From IMG/VR virus record IMGVR_UViG_3300013104_000019, positions 87,474 through 151,473 of that record: DNA of 64,000 bases, one strand, 5' to 3'. Origin of the DNA: a virus (taxonomy: Duplodnaviria; Heunggongvirae; Uroviricota; Caudoviricetes). The translations under genes were made by a program, and so were the position numbers. Shown one piece after another: positions 36,647 through 45,329 of this stretch. Every line of letters starts with the position of its first letter. Within the stretch, counting starts at the first letter, position 1. The notes under the pieces are model-generated. The model was not told the DNA's origin. It saw only the letters and a program-made list of their open reading frames with translations, and searched no databases.

Positions 36647-37615
36647 ATGCAAGCACTCGACGCAATGAATCGGCTGAACATCGAACTCACGCACTTGCAG
36701 CGTGTCGCTGTCCAGATCATCTCGCTCGTCCAATCGCCGAACATCAAGCTGCCCTCGCATCTCGATCACGACATCGCCGACCAAGCAAATCGCGCCGCCG
36801 GCATGCTGATGTCGATCGCCGACAAGCTGCGCGAAAACATCACCGCGATCGCCGCGCAGCAAGTGCAGGTGAGCGCCGATCAACTGCGTGCTGCCACGCA
36901 AAACCCGACGGCTCCGATGTCGGCAGGGCGTCAACAGATCGCAGACATCGCCACCGATCTGGCGAAGAACCTGCTCGGCCAGAAGATCGGTCCGGACAAG
37001 GGGCCCGAATTCATCGAAGGTGTCGAGCGCGTGCAAGCACAACGCCAGCAGCAACGCGCACAAGCGGACTTCGCCAGCGAGATGCCGACCAAGGCAAGCA
37101 ACCCCGTCGCTGAAACCAACGACGGTCCGACGCTGGCCGCTGGTGCTCCGGCCGTGCACGACATCCGGGCACGTCAACAGGAAGAACGTCGTCAGGGTCT
37201 GATCGAATTGCTCGTCGGCAAGAACGGTCTGCTCTCGCGCTGGTTCTCCTCGGGCGTGTACGCCGAAGGCACCGGCGTGATCGCGCCGCAATACGACGTC
37301 AACCTCTATCAGGAAGACATCGGTCAGCTGCCGTACGATCGTCTCGTGAAGTGGCCGGAAGGCTTCTATCGCGAAGCTGCATCGTCAGCCTTTCAATTCC
37401 TGCTGAAGACGGAGCACTTCGTTGCGACCGTTCACTTCAACCGGATGACGGACGCCGATGTGCAAGCGCGTGCGAACGCCATCGAGTTCTATTTCCACAA
37501 CGACGAGTCGAACCCGCGTGTTCGCCGTCCGGCTTCGGTGTTCGACACCGGCCTGCTGGAAAACATCATCCGTGATGCCAACCAGCGTCTGACGCAGATC
37601 CACAACGGCCAGTAA
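36647..37615 (+). CDS. hypothetical protein
   Basis: 322 aa, AAGGG RBS, strong codon bias, helical Gln/Ala-rich N-terminal half. Confidence 0.8.
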   Translation: MQALDAMNRLNIELTHLQRVAVQIISLVQSPNIKLPSHLDHDIADQANRAAGMLMSIADKLRENITAIAAQQVQVSADQLRAATQNPTAPMSAGRQQIADIATDLAKNLLGQKIGPDKGPEFIEGVERVQAQRQQQRAQADFASEMPTKASNPVAETNDGPTLAAGAPAVHDIRARQQEERRQGLIELLVGKNGLLSRWFSSGVYAEGTGVIAPQYDVNLYQEDIGQLPYDRLVKWPEGFYREAASSAFQFLLKTEHFVATVHFNRMTDADVQARANAIEFYFHNDESNPRVRRPASVFDTGLLENIIRDANQRLTQIHNGQ

Positions 37616-37623
37616 TTACTGGC

Positions 37624-37662
37624 GGCATAAAGCGGGGAGGCATTGCGCCTCCCCTCTATGCC
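37624..37662. terminator. GGCATA-hairpin-TATGCC element (copy 5)
   Basis: GGCATA..GGGGAGGC-ATTGC-GCCTCCCC..TATGCC between convergent genes. Confidence 0.7.
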
Positions 37663-37663
37663 C

Positions 37664-38488
37664 TTAGGCTTTCACGCCGTCGAGGCTCGTGACTTTCTCG
37701 ATGTGCTTGATCGTGCGACTGATGGATTCGCTCAGGCCGAGCACCCGATAGTAGACGATCGAGTAGAACTCCAATTCCGAGGCGACTTGGAAAGCACCAT
37801 CCGACAGGTCGATCAGGACAGCCGGGCTTACCTTGTCGAAGTGGCCTTCGTGAATGCGGTTGCTGATGCGATCGAGCATCTCGACGCATTCGTCGACCTT
37901 CTTGTTCAGATGCGAACGTTCGATCTTGTTGATCTCTTTCGACATCTCGTCAGCGGTCTTCAGGACGTTGTCCCAATCGCCGTTGCGCTTGACGACGTTC
38001 TCGACGCGCACGTCGGTCTTGGTCGTGCCGTTGAAACAGTCCTGGATGCCCTTGATGAGCTTCTCACGCTCAGCCTGAAGCTCGGCGTAGAACTTCTTCT
38101 TGGTGGCCGTCTCAACGAGCGAGGACTTGTTGCTCATGATCATCGCGAGGAAGACTGCGAAGTCATCCAGCACCTTCACTGCCTTGCTCACATGCTGCAC
38201 AGCCGGGTGCAGCGCTGCGATGTATTCGAGGTACGTCACCTTCAACCCTTCGGGCACGAATGCGCCGAGCGGCATGAGCGTCGTGTACGAGTGACCTTCG
38301 AGTGACTTCAGAAAGCGTTTCTGGTCCCCTGTGATGGCTACCGCAGGTGCGGGAGTGAAGAGACCCTTGAAGGACGAGATGCCGTCGAGGATGGGCGGGA
38401 AGACACGTTGAACCAGTCCCGTGAGGTCCGGCACCGTGTACGCTTCGAGCGCTACCAAATTGCGCACGCGTTTGAGAGTATTGTCCAT
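37664..38488 (-). CDS. putative internal head protein (phiKZ gp153-like)
   Basis: 274 aa from MDNTLKR, with an N-terminal ALE prohead-protease-type motif and FVPEGLKVTYLEY. Divergent from UvsX. The longer track ORF is an antisense extension. Confidence 0.65.
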   Translation of the reverse strand: MDNTLKRVRNLVALEAYTVPDLTGLVQRVFPPILDGISSFKGLFTPAPAVAITGDQKRFLKSLEGHSYTTLMPLGAFVPEGLKVTYLEYIAALHPAVQHVSKAVKVLDDFAVFLAMIMSNKSSLVETATKKKFYAELQAEREKLIKGIQDCFNGTTKTDVRVENVVKRNGDWDNVLKTADEMSKEINKIERSHLNKKVDECVEMLDRISNRIHEGHFDKVSPAVLIDLSDGAFQVASELEFYSIVYYRVLGLSESISRTIKHIEKVTSLDGVKA

Positions 38489-38590
38489 ATTGGTTCCAAT
38501 GAAAAATCGAGACTGATTCCTGCATAAAAATGTACGATGGGTTGCCATTCTTTGAGGATTGCTGGATTTTCTTTTAACGGATAACGACAC

Positions 38591-40069
38591 ATGGAACTGC
38601 TTCGACCGGGGTTTTCGCTGGCCCCTTTGCATAAAGCAATGATCAACATCGGTGCGCTGTTCGATATTCCGACAGGCACTTTCCTCATGGGTAAGTACGG
38701 GGAGATGATCCTGAACGGGGGCATTGCCAACATTACCGGGATCGCAGGCCAAGGCAACAGTTTCAAGTCCACGCTGATGGACTTCATGATTGCCATGGCG
38801 ATGTTCCGGATTCACGCCATGTCGACGGCGAGCGTCTACGACACGGAAATGAACAAGCACGAGTGGCGTCTGAAGACACTGCAACGCTTCATTATGCTGT
38901 ATCTCGGGATGAAGACAGAAGACCCGGACCTGTTCGAACAGGGCCGCATGGTCATCACCGACAAGACGATGCACACGGGTGACGAGTGGTACGATATTTT
39001 GCGTACCTACCTGATTACCAAGAAGAAAGGCGCGAAGTCGATCATGGCCAATACGCCTTTCATCGACCGCGACGGCGAGTCGCTGATGCAAATGATCATC
39101 CCGACCTTCACAGGTGTCGACTCCTTCTCGCAGTTCATTACGCAAAACGCGATGAAGCTGCAAGAAGAGAACAACATCGGCGAGTCGGGTACGAACATGC
39201 TGAACATGCAACAAGGCCGTGCGAAGGCGCAGTTCCTGATGGAAATCCCGGCTCTGGCACAAGCAGCGTACAACTACGTCTTCTTGTCGGTACACATCGG
39301 GGAAGAGTTCAACATGGACCCGCACAACCCGAAGCAAAAGAAGCTGCAATACCTGAAGCAGGGCCAGAAGATCAAGGGTGCGCCGGAAGGCTTCATGTTC
39401 CTTACGAACAACTGCTGGATGGCGTCGAGCGCTACCATCCTCAAGGCCGACGACGGCAATGGCCCGCTTTACCCGCGCGACTCGGACGACAAGCTGAAGT
39501 CGGATACCGACCTGAACGCGGTGACGGTTGCGCTGTTGCGCGGCAAATCAGGCATGTCGGGTCTGCCGCAGCAAGTCGTCATCTCGCAAGCCGAAGGGGT
39601 GTTGCCGGCTCTGACCGAATTCCATTACTTGCGACAGGTGAAGGAAAAGGGTGGTGACAAGCGTTACGGGTTCAATGGCAATTTGCAGAACTACGAAATG
39701 GATCTGCTGCCCGGCGTCAAGCTCTCGCGCACTGCGGCACGTAGCAAGATCGACGACAATGCTCAGCTGCGTCGAGCGCTGAACATCACGGCAGAACTGT
39801 GCCAGATGCAGCAACTCTGGCACGAGGACTCCGGGAACTACCAGATGTTGCCGTCGGATCTGTACGCTGCCTTGACGCAAAAGGGTTACGACTGGAATGT
39901 GCTGCTCAACACGCGCGGCTGGTGGGCACTCGATAACGACGACCCCAAGCACGCGCTGCCGTTCCTCTCGTCGATGGATCTGCTGCGCATGGCCAAGGAC
40001 GAATACGTTCCGTACTGGATGACGGCAGACAAGAAGGTCAAGCCCGAATACCAGAAGGCGGCCGCATGA
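38591..40069 (+). CDS. uvsX: UvsX/RecA-like recombinase (phiKZ gp152-like)
   Basis: INIGALFDIPTG, GIAGQGNSFKST (Walker A variant), YDTE, VDSFS (Walker B), LRGKSG. Confidence 0.85.
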   Translation: MELLRPGFSLAPLHKAMINIGALFDIPTGTFLMGKYGEMILNGGIANITGIAGQGNSFKSTLMDFMIAMAMFRIHAMSTASVYDTEMNKHEWRLKTLQRFIMLYLGMKTEDPDLFEQGRMVITDKTMHTGDEWYDILRTYLITKKKGAKSIMANTPFIDRDGESLMQMIIPTFTGVDSFSQFITQNAMKLQEENNIGESGTNMLNMQQGRAKAQFLMEIPALAQAAYNYVFLSVHIGEEFNMDPHNPKQKKLQYLKQGQKIKGAPEGFMFLTNNCWMASSATILKADDGNGPLYPRDSDDKLKSDTDLNAVTVALLRGKSGMSGLPQQVVISQAEGVLPALTEFHYLRQVKEKGGDKRYGFNGNLQNYEMDLLPGVKLSRTAARSKIDDNAQLRRALNITAELCQMQQLWHEDSGNYQMLPSDLYAALTQKGYDWNVLLNTRGWWALDNDDPKHALPFLSSMDLLRMAKDEYVPYWMTADKKVKPEYQKAAA

Positions 40070-40224
40070 AACGGCTGCTGATGGCTCTGTCGGCTTACGC
40101 CTTGGGTCACGAAGCGTACACGTATCACGTGGATGGCGAGCAACTGCTCTTCACAGTCTTCTTTGTGGGGACAGTTGCTGCCATTTACCAGACGTTCGCC
40201 AAATACCCCTGGCAGCGCGCATAA
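40066..40224 (+). CDS. small putative membrane protein (52 aa, absent from the ORF track)
   Basis: ATGA overlap with the uvsX stop. Hand translation: MKRLLMALSAYALGHEAYTYHVDGEQLLFTVFFVGTVAAIYQTFAKYPWQRA. Confidence 0.55.
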   Translation: MKRLLMALSAYALGHEAYTYHVDGEQLLFTVFFVGTVAAIYQTFAKYPWQRA

Positions 40225-40260
40225 CTCGTATGGGGATTATCCCGCACATTTGAGGAAACC

Positions 40261-40650
40261 ATGGAAGCTCCAACCGCAAAACCCGAAGCTCCGACCAAGG
40301 AGCCGCTGCTTCACGAAGCAGCCACCAAGGCGTTGAAAGACGCTGGCCACAACAACCCCGAGTTCTGGAAAAGCTACCTGCATCCGCACGGCGAAGATCC
40401 GCAGGTGGCATTCGACATCCAGCGCTTCCTGATCAACCGTTCGTTCGAGATGACGATCGGTGGCGTCAACCCGAAGACGTTCTTCGAGAACCAGAAGACG
40501 GCCGAGGACTACGCTCGCGACCAGCTGGACGCACGCTACTGTCTGCTGCCGACGGGCGACTTCAAAACGTGGATGCACTCCTTCAAGCAGAAGGTGGTGC
40601 CGTTCATCATGAAGTACAACCTCGGCGTGTTGCAAAGCGCCGTAGCGTAA
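40261..40650 (+). CDS. hypothetical protein
   Basis: 129 aa, GAGGA RBS, strong codon bias. Confidence 0.8.
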   Translation: MEAPTAKPEAPTKEPLLHEAATKALKDAGHNNPEFWKSYLHPHGEDPQVAFDIQRFLINRSFEMTIGGVNPKTFFENQKTAEDYARDQLDARYCLLPTGDFKTWMHSFKQKVVPFIMKYNLGVLQSAVA

Positions 40651-40725
40651 GCTGCCGGGAAGGCGTGGGATAATTATGCAGAGGTTTGTGCAAGATTACC
40701 CACGCTTTCATGCGGGAGAACAGTC

Positions 40726-41391
40726 ATGTCAGGAAATCGCAAAGCAGCTACCGCCGAGCTGCTCGCGGGGTTGGAAGCCTTGCTTCCGGGAAGTGAAAAC
40801 ACCGCGCTCTGGAAGGCGAAGTTGGAGTCGATGAGTGATAAGCAGTTCGAGGAGTTTGTGAAAGGACTCGAACAGGAAACCACGCGCATCTCGGTCATTG
40901 TGCCGAACTTCTCCAAACACCAAATCGATGTCGAGCGCAATCTCGACCTCGCAGAAAAGTGGGGTCACGAATTCTTCGAGCGGCTGTGGATGCCGAAGGA
41001 TGATGGTTCGTACTACCTCACGCCGATCAAATATCTGGTGTATGACTTACCGCTTCGCCGGCAAGCTCAGCACTTGATAAAGAAAATCTCCATTCCGGAA
41101 GACAACAAGTCTGTCGATGATCTGACGGGTCAACCCACGGGTAAGTCGAAGGGCAGCAAGCTCTCCTACCCGGAGTTGCAAGTCATGGCGGCACTCGGCC
41201 TCGATCACTCGATCGTCGAGATGATGAAGTATCGTGGTGGCGACACCAAGGGCTATAACGCCATGAATACCGTCATCGCCAAGACGGGTACGGTCAGTCA
41301 GAAAGAAATCGAGCCGTACGCCGGTGGAGTCGAATCAACCAAAACCCTGAGCACGCTTTTCACTGCGATGCATCTGGGCAACACACTGTAA
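40726..41391 (+). CDS. rpoB: virion RNA polymerase beta subunit, C-terminal part (phiKZ gp149-like)
   Basis: LPLRRQAQHLIKKIS..DLTGQPTGKSKGSKLSYPELQVMAALG..EMMKYRGGD matches the RpoB C-terminal TQQP/GGQRFGEME/EMLTVKSDD region. Confidence 0.85.
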   Translation: MSGNRKAATAELLAGLEALLPGSENTALWKAKLESMSDKQFEEFVKGLEQETTRISVIVPNFSKHQIDVERNLDLAEKWGHEFFERLWMPKDDGSYYLTPIKYLVYDLPLRRQAQHLIKKISIPEDNKSVDDLTGQPTGKSKGSKLSYPELQVMAALGLDHSIVEMMKYRGGDTKGYNAMNTVIAKTGTVSQKEIEPYAGGVESTKTLSTLFTAMHLGNTL

Positions 41392-41400
41392 GGGAAAGTC

Positions 41401-42030
41401 ATGGGACTGAGTGCCAAAGAGATGGATGACATCGGTGAACTGGTGAATATGGCGTTTCTGTCTGCCTTCTCCAATTCGCCGAGCACGCATCACGCTAAGC
41501 TGCTGAGCTTCGCGTTTGGCTTGATTCGGAAGGAAGTGCCGTATCATCTCTTTTCGGGTCAACTCGAAGGCACCAAGCGCCTGACTAGCCTGATGTACGA
41601 TGATCCGGACATTCGGGACTTTGTCCTGAAGATCACGATGCACGTCTTCTCGAAGATGGGGGATGTGAAGAACCGCTATCCGGCGCTGGTGGAGAACCTG
41701 ACGGAGGCGATCGGCTATATCGACATTCCGGAAGCAAAGGACCGGAAAGAGTCAGCAACGCAGCCGATTGCGTTGATGCCGGAAGAATTGTTGGGGCGAC
41801 TGCCATTGGCAAGCGATGTCTCGGACGTCTTGCTGTGGAATCGCTGGGCAACCACCATGGTACTCATGATGCTGTATCTCATGACGCCAGAAGATCTCGG
41901 AACCCTTCTGGATGAGAAGAAACGCCGGGATGCAATCGAGGCAGCAGAGCAAGCGCGTACGCTTGCAAGACAACAACGTGCTCAGGCCGGACAGGAAAGA
42001 AAGTCGGCTGAAGGCACGGCAAGTGCTTAA
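41401..42030 (+). CDS. conserved hypothetical protein
   Basis: 209 aa, co-oriented, GGGAAAG upstream. Confidence 0.75.
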   Translation: MGLSAKEMDDIGELVNMAFLSAFSNSPSTHHAKLLSFAFGLIRKEVPYHLFSGQLEGTKRLTSLMYDDPDIRDFVLKITMHVFSKMGDVKNRYPALVENLTEAIGYIDIPEAKDRKESATQPIALMPEELLGRLPLASDVSDVLLWNRWATTMVLMMLYLMTPEDLGTLLDEKKRRDAIEAAEQARTLARQQRAQAGQERKSAEGTASA

Positions 42031-42200
42031 TCTGATCTATTACGCATAATCAATCTCTTTCTGGAAAGTATAAAATTAACCAGAGGGGTACTTGTTATGC
42101 AGTAAGGGAGACAGATAATAATGACGTGAAAACACGTGAGTTCGCTCAAGAAGTAACACGAAACGTTTGAGCGTGATTAACTTTTGTATTTGCCGGGGGT

Positions 42201-42992
42201 ATGGGCAAAATGGCTCATGCTAGTAAGGTCGAAGGTATTCTAGTAGGGTTGGACGAGCTACTGGATACGCGACTGGGGACCATCGGCCTCCTGTCACCGG
42301 AGGCTGCAAGAAAGTTGCTGTCATCGGATGCTTACCACACCCGTGAGACAGACGAGTTCGAAGGCGTCAACGCGATTGAGTACAAGATCGCTTACGCTGA
42401 ACGGGCCGTACGTAATCTGAGAAACTCGGTCATGACTCCGGTGGTTTTCCACCTGCGTCAGGTCGTCAAGCAGTTACTTTGGCAGGCAGTCTCTGGTCCG
42501 GACCACGACGCAGTGCGACTGACTGTCAATGTTTATCCCTACTCGGACTTTTCGGACGAGGAAAAGAACGAACTCAGTAGGGTCTTGAAGTATCACATGA
42601 ACGGTGGCGTTGACATAAAGGCCCACGAGCAGCCTCTCCTGTCCGTCGATTTTATCGACGTTGCACCTGAGAAACTGACTCCTAGCCACTGTAAGGCGTC
42701 CTATGGTGCCATGTACATGTACAACCCATGGGCATGGCTCAATTCACATACGGAAGCTCTCAAGACTGGTCCTCGTTTGCCGGAAGTTATCATTTACGCT
42801 CCAAGACTATACCACGACGGTAAGCCGGATGCGAAAGAACTTGCTCGGTTTGAAATGGACTTTGATGGGAAAGCTCCCGATCCGCTCACGTTTGACGAAA
42901 TGAGAGTGTCCCCTATTGCTGGGGTGACATTGTTAGACGTGTCGTATTTCAGCAGCTCTGTGCGCCTTCAGCGTAATCAGGCACCGACATAA
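42201..42992 (+). CDS. conserved hypothetical protein
   Basis: 263 aa with ILVGLDELLDTRLGTI and LTVNVYPY segments. Confidence 0.75.
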   Translation: MGKMAHASKVEGILVGLDELLDTRLGTIGLLSPEAARKLLSSDAYHTRETDEFEGVNAIEYKIAYAERAVRNLRNSVMTPVVFHLRQVVKQLLWQAVSGPDHDAVRLTVNVYPYSDFSDEEKNELSRVLKYHMNGGVDIKAHEQPLLSVDFIDVAPEKLTPSHCKASYGAMYMYNPWAWLNSHTEALKTGPRLPEVIIYAPRLYHDGKPDAKELARFEMDFDGKAPDPLTFDEMRVSPIAGVTLLDVSYFSSSVRLQRNQAPT

Positions 42993-43005
42993 GCCAGAAG
43001 TCTGA

Positions 43006-43054
43006 CCTCCACACCCGCTCCCGCCTGTTCATAGGTTGGGGAGGGGTGTGGAGG
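43006..43054. terminator. long imperfect hairpin between convergent genes
   Basis: CCTCCACACCC (43006-43016) pairs with GGGTGTGGAGG (43044-43054), with further inner pairing. GACATA precedes it. Confidence 0.65.
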
Positions 43055-43090
43055 CGGCTGCTGCGAACGTCCGTTCACATAGCCTAATGA

Positions 43091-43570
43091 TTACGAAGTC
43101 TTGGAATCTCCGCCCTGAAGATACTTAGACATGAAGGTCGCATAGTCCTGCTGAGGCAACGTGGTTGCCGTCTCGCCCTCCAGAAGCTCGGGGGCGGGAA
43201 AATCTGCCCCAAGTTTCGGTGCTTCGCGAGGCGCTGCCTCGATATCCGATCGACTCATTTTATTGGGCATCGCAGTTAAAAGTTTTGCGATAAGACTGTG
43301 CGTCGCGCCTTGTGCGTCGGCGGCCTTGGTTTCGATCGCCAGACGTTGTCGGCCGATGGCCGAGGAATCCATGTCTTTGAGTGCTGCCAGCATCACCACG
43401 CGGTCTTTGGGATCTTGTGGCATCTTGCCCTCGGGCGTCAACATCTCTTTGACGAGTTGGACGCGCTTATGATGGACGAATGCTTGGATGCTGGTGTCGG
43501 AAGGAAGTGGAGGAATCACTTCGGGCTCGTCATTAACGACCTCGAAGTTTCCTTGAGTTACGTTGGTCAT
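43091..43570 (-). CDS. hypothetical protein
   Basis: 159 aa from MTNVTQ, GAGG RBS upstream. Confidence 0.7.
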   Translation of the reverse strand: MTNVTQGNFEVVNDEPEVIPPLPSDTSIQAFVHHKRVQLVKEMLTPEGKMPQDPKDRVVMLAALKDMDSSAIGRQRLAIETKAADAQGATHSLIAKLLTAMPNKMSRSDIEAAPREAPKLGADFPAPELLEGETATTLPQQDYATFMSKYLQGGDSKTS

Positions 43571-43586
43571 GATCGATGCCTCAAAG

Positions 43587-43609
43587 AAAAAATAGTCACA
43601 TATCATCTT
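43587..43609 (+). promoter_or_regulatory. candidate phage promoter motif (copy 2)
   Basis: AAAAAATAGTCACATATCATCTT in a divergent intergenic gap, resembling 4934-4956. Confidence 0.4.
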
Positions 43610-43657
43610 TTTGAGCAGTAAATCCTTTGCTCTATATCAAGAAGGGGTACCACAGAA

Positions 43658-44191
43658 ATGATTGGTTTTGTGTCAGGTGTGGTCAGCCGCATCCAGCGCA
43701 GACTCAAGCAAGAGCACAAGAAACGCATCTCTCTTGTGCTTGAACAAGGCATACCGCTTGATCGGACGTGGAAAGTTTGTGAGGAGTTGCTCTTGCAAAT
43801 GGACCCGAAGAAATACGCTGCGATTCCGGTATCCGCCTCGCAAGCAACGCTGGTACGCACGCCCTACCAGTCGCTGGAAACGTACATCAAAACACTCAAG
43901 TCGGTGATCTTCGACTTCAAGGAGGAAAACAAGATCGATCGGGGGTGGAGTTCGTTCGAGACTCAAACCCTGACAGTGTCGGACTTTCTGAAAACGGAAG
44001 ACGGCTACTACATGACACCTGCATCATTGGTCGAGTTCTTGACCGAGGTAAAGGAATTACTCGAACTCATCAGTCAAGCCGAGCACGAGGAACTCGGAGT
44101 AACTGCGCACAACGTTCGGGTACTGGTCCCGTTCTTTGTCCGACTGCGTGACACACTGTTCGATCTTTACGATCTCCAGTTCGCTCTTTAA
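43658..44191 (+). CDS. hypothetical protein
   Basis: 177 aa ORF with a GAAGGGG RBS-like sequence. Confidence 0.75.
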   Translation: MIGFVSGVVSRIQRRLKQEHKKRISLVLEQGIPLDRTWKVCEELLLQMDPKKYAAIPVSASQATLVRTPYQSLETYIKTLKSVIFDFKEENKIDRGWSSFETQTLTVSDFLKTEDGYYMTPASLVEFLTEVKELLELISQAEHEELGVTAHNVRVLVPFFVRLRDTLFDLYDLQFAL

Positions 44192-44275
44192 CTACCGTGT
44201 CACTCTAATCGCAACATCTTAATTGCAGCACGCAACTACCATCCTTTGGCTGTGGCAGGCCAAGAAGGAATAACC

Positions 44276-44740
44276 ATGGCTCGTAATGACCTCTTTAAAC
44301 TTCTGAACAGCGTCGACAAGGGCGTTGGTCGCACATACGGTGCCAATGGCACTTTATCGCGACTTTTTCGACAAATCTTACGAGACCGTAAAGTCGGTCC
44401 GGAAAAGTTTGGGGCCCTGATGCATGATTACTTGGACGACCCTCGTAATCGGGTTTCCAACAACCGCAAGGACAGAACCAGTGCCCGAGGCAATCTCGGC
44501 ATGGCTTTGGCTCAGCCCAAGATGACGTGGAAGGTCTTCTGCAAGGGATTGCGGTTTTTGAAGGTGGTGAAGATTGACATTGCCATTCGTGCGTATTACG
44601 CCAATGGTCAAGAAGAGATCCACCAAACCTCCATGGTCCTCGCAGAACAAACGCCCGCTGAAAAGGCGGAAGCAGGCACCACGATTCAACCTCATACTGA
44701 CGGCAAAGCAAATGAGGACACTGGAAATGACGAACAGTAG
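44276..44740 (+). CDS. conserved hypothetical protein
   Basis: 154 aa from MARND (AAGGA RBS). Basic, with RGNLGMALAQPKMTWKVFCKGLRFL. Confidence 0.75.
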   Translation: MARNDLFKLLNSVDKGVGRTYGANGTLSRLFRQILRDRKVGPEKFGALMHDYLDDPRNRVSNNRKDRTSARGNLGMALAQPKMTWKVFCKGLRFLKVVKIDIAIRAYYANGQEEIHQTSMVLAEQTPAEKAEAGTTIQPHTDGKANEDTGNDEQ

Positions 44741-45281
44741 ACCCCGTGATGTAAGTGTTGCAGGGCGCTACAGCAAGGCTACCGACGGGATCGATCACAT
44801 CAACATCAGTCCCCAAGGGAAAACCGAACTTGGTGTGCTCCTCGCGCACTATACGGAATCGCACTTCGTGCACGAGTATCTGGGACCTTTCGACAGCATG
44901 GAAGGTTACTGGTACTACGTGAAGAGCGCGGTTCCGGATGATAAGCTGCGTTCACTCTCGGGCAAGCAAGCTTATCTGTACGGCAAAGAGCTGCCGTCGA
45001 TTCGACGACAGTTTTTCCGTGAGATCATCAAGGATGGCAACTACTTCAAGATCAGTCAGAACGATCGACTGCGGGAGTTGTTGATGGAATCCGAGTTGCC
45101 GCTCACGCAGTACTACAACTACGGTGCGCACGGGATTGCTATCAATCCGAAAACGATGCCGTGGCTGGTGCCCGATTTCGAGCAACTTCGCGAGGCGTTC
45201 CGTTACGACGTCGAGCACAAGATCGTTTCGTACGAAGATTTCCAAAAGATCATCGTGCCGAAGCGTGTGGCGAAGAAATAA
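44727..45281 (+). CDS. NADAR-like protein (T4 gp30.3-like)
   Basis: 184 aa from MTNSRP (GAGGA RBS). LAHY..F....G.F.SMEGYW..K, LSGKQA..G and NDRLRELL.ES resemble NADAR motifs. Confidence 0.55.
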   Translation: MTNSRPRDVSVAGRYSKATDGIDHINISPQGKTELGVLLAHYTESHFVHEYLGPFDSMEGYWYYVKSAVPDDKLRSLSGKQAYLYGKELPSIRRQFFREIIKDGNYFKISQNDRLRELLMESELPLTQYYNYGAHGIAINPKTMPWLVPDFEQLREAFRYDVEHKIVSYEDFQKIIVPKRVAKK

Positions 45282-45287
45282 CCACCT

Positions 45288-45319
45288 GAGGGGACTTCGG
45301 TCCCCTCCCTTCTTTTTTT
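45288..45319 (+). terminator. intrinsic terminator
   Basis: GAGGGGAC-TTCG-GTCCCCTC followed by a T-run. Confidence 0.85.
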
Positions 45320-45329
45320 GTCTTCGATC

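Noticed and set aside
37664-39349. 561-aa track ORF as one gene
   Set aside because: Its 5' half is the antisense shadow of uvsX. Only 37664-38488 looks coding.
42201-42260. HAD phosphatase call from ILVGLDELLDT
   Set aside because: The first Asp of DxD is replaced and the later HAD motifs are not evident.
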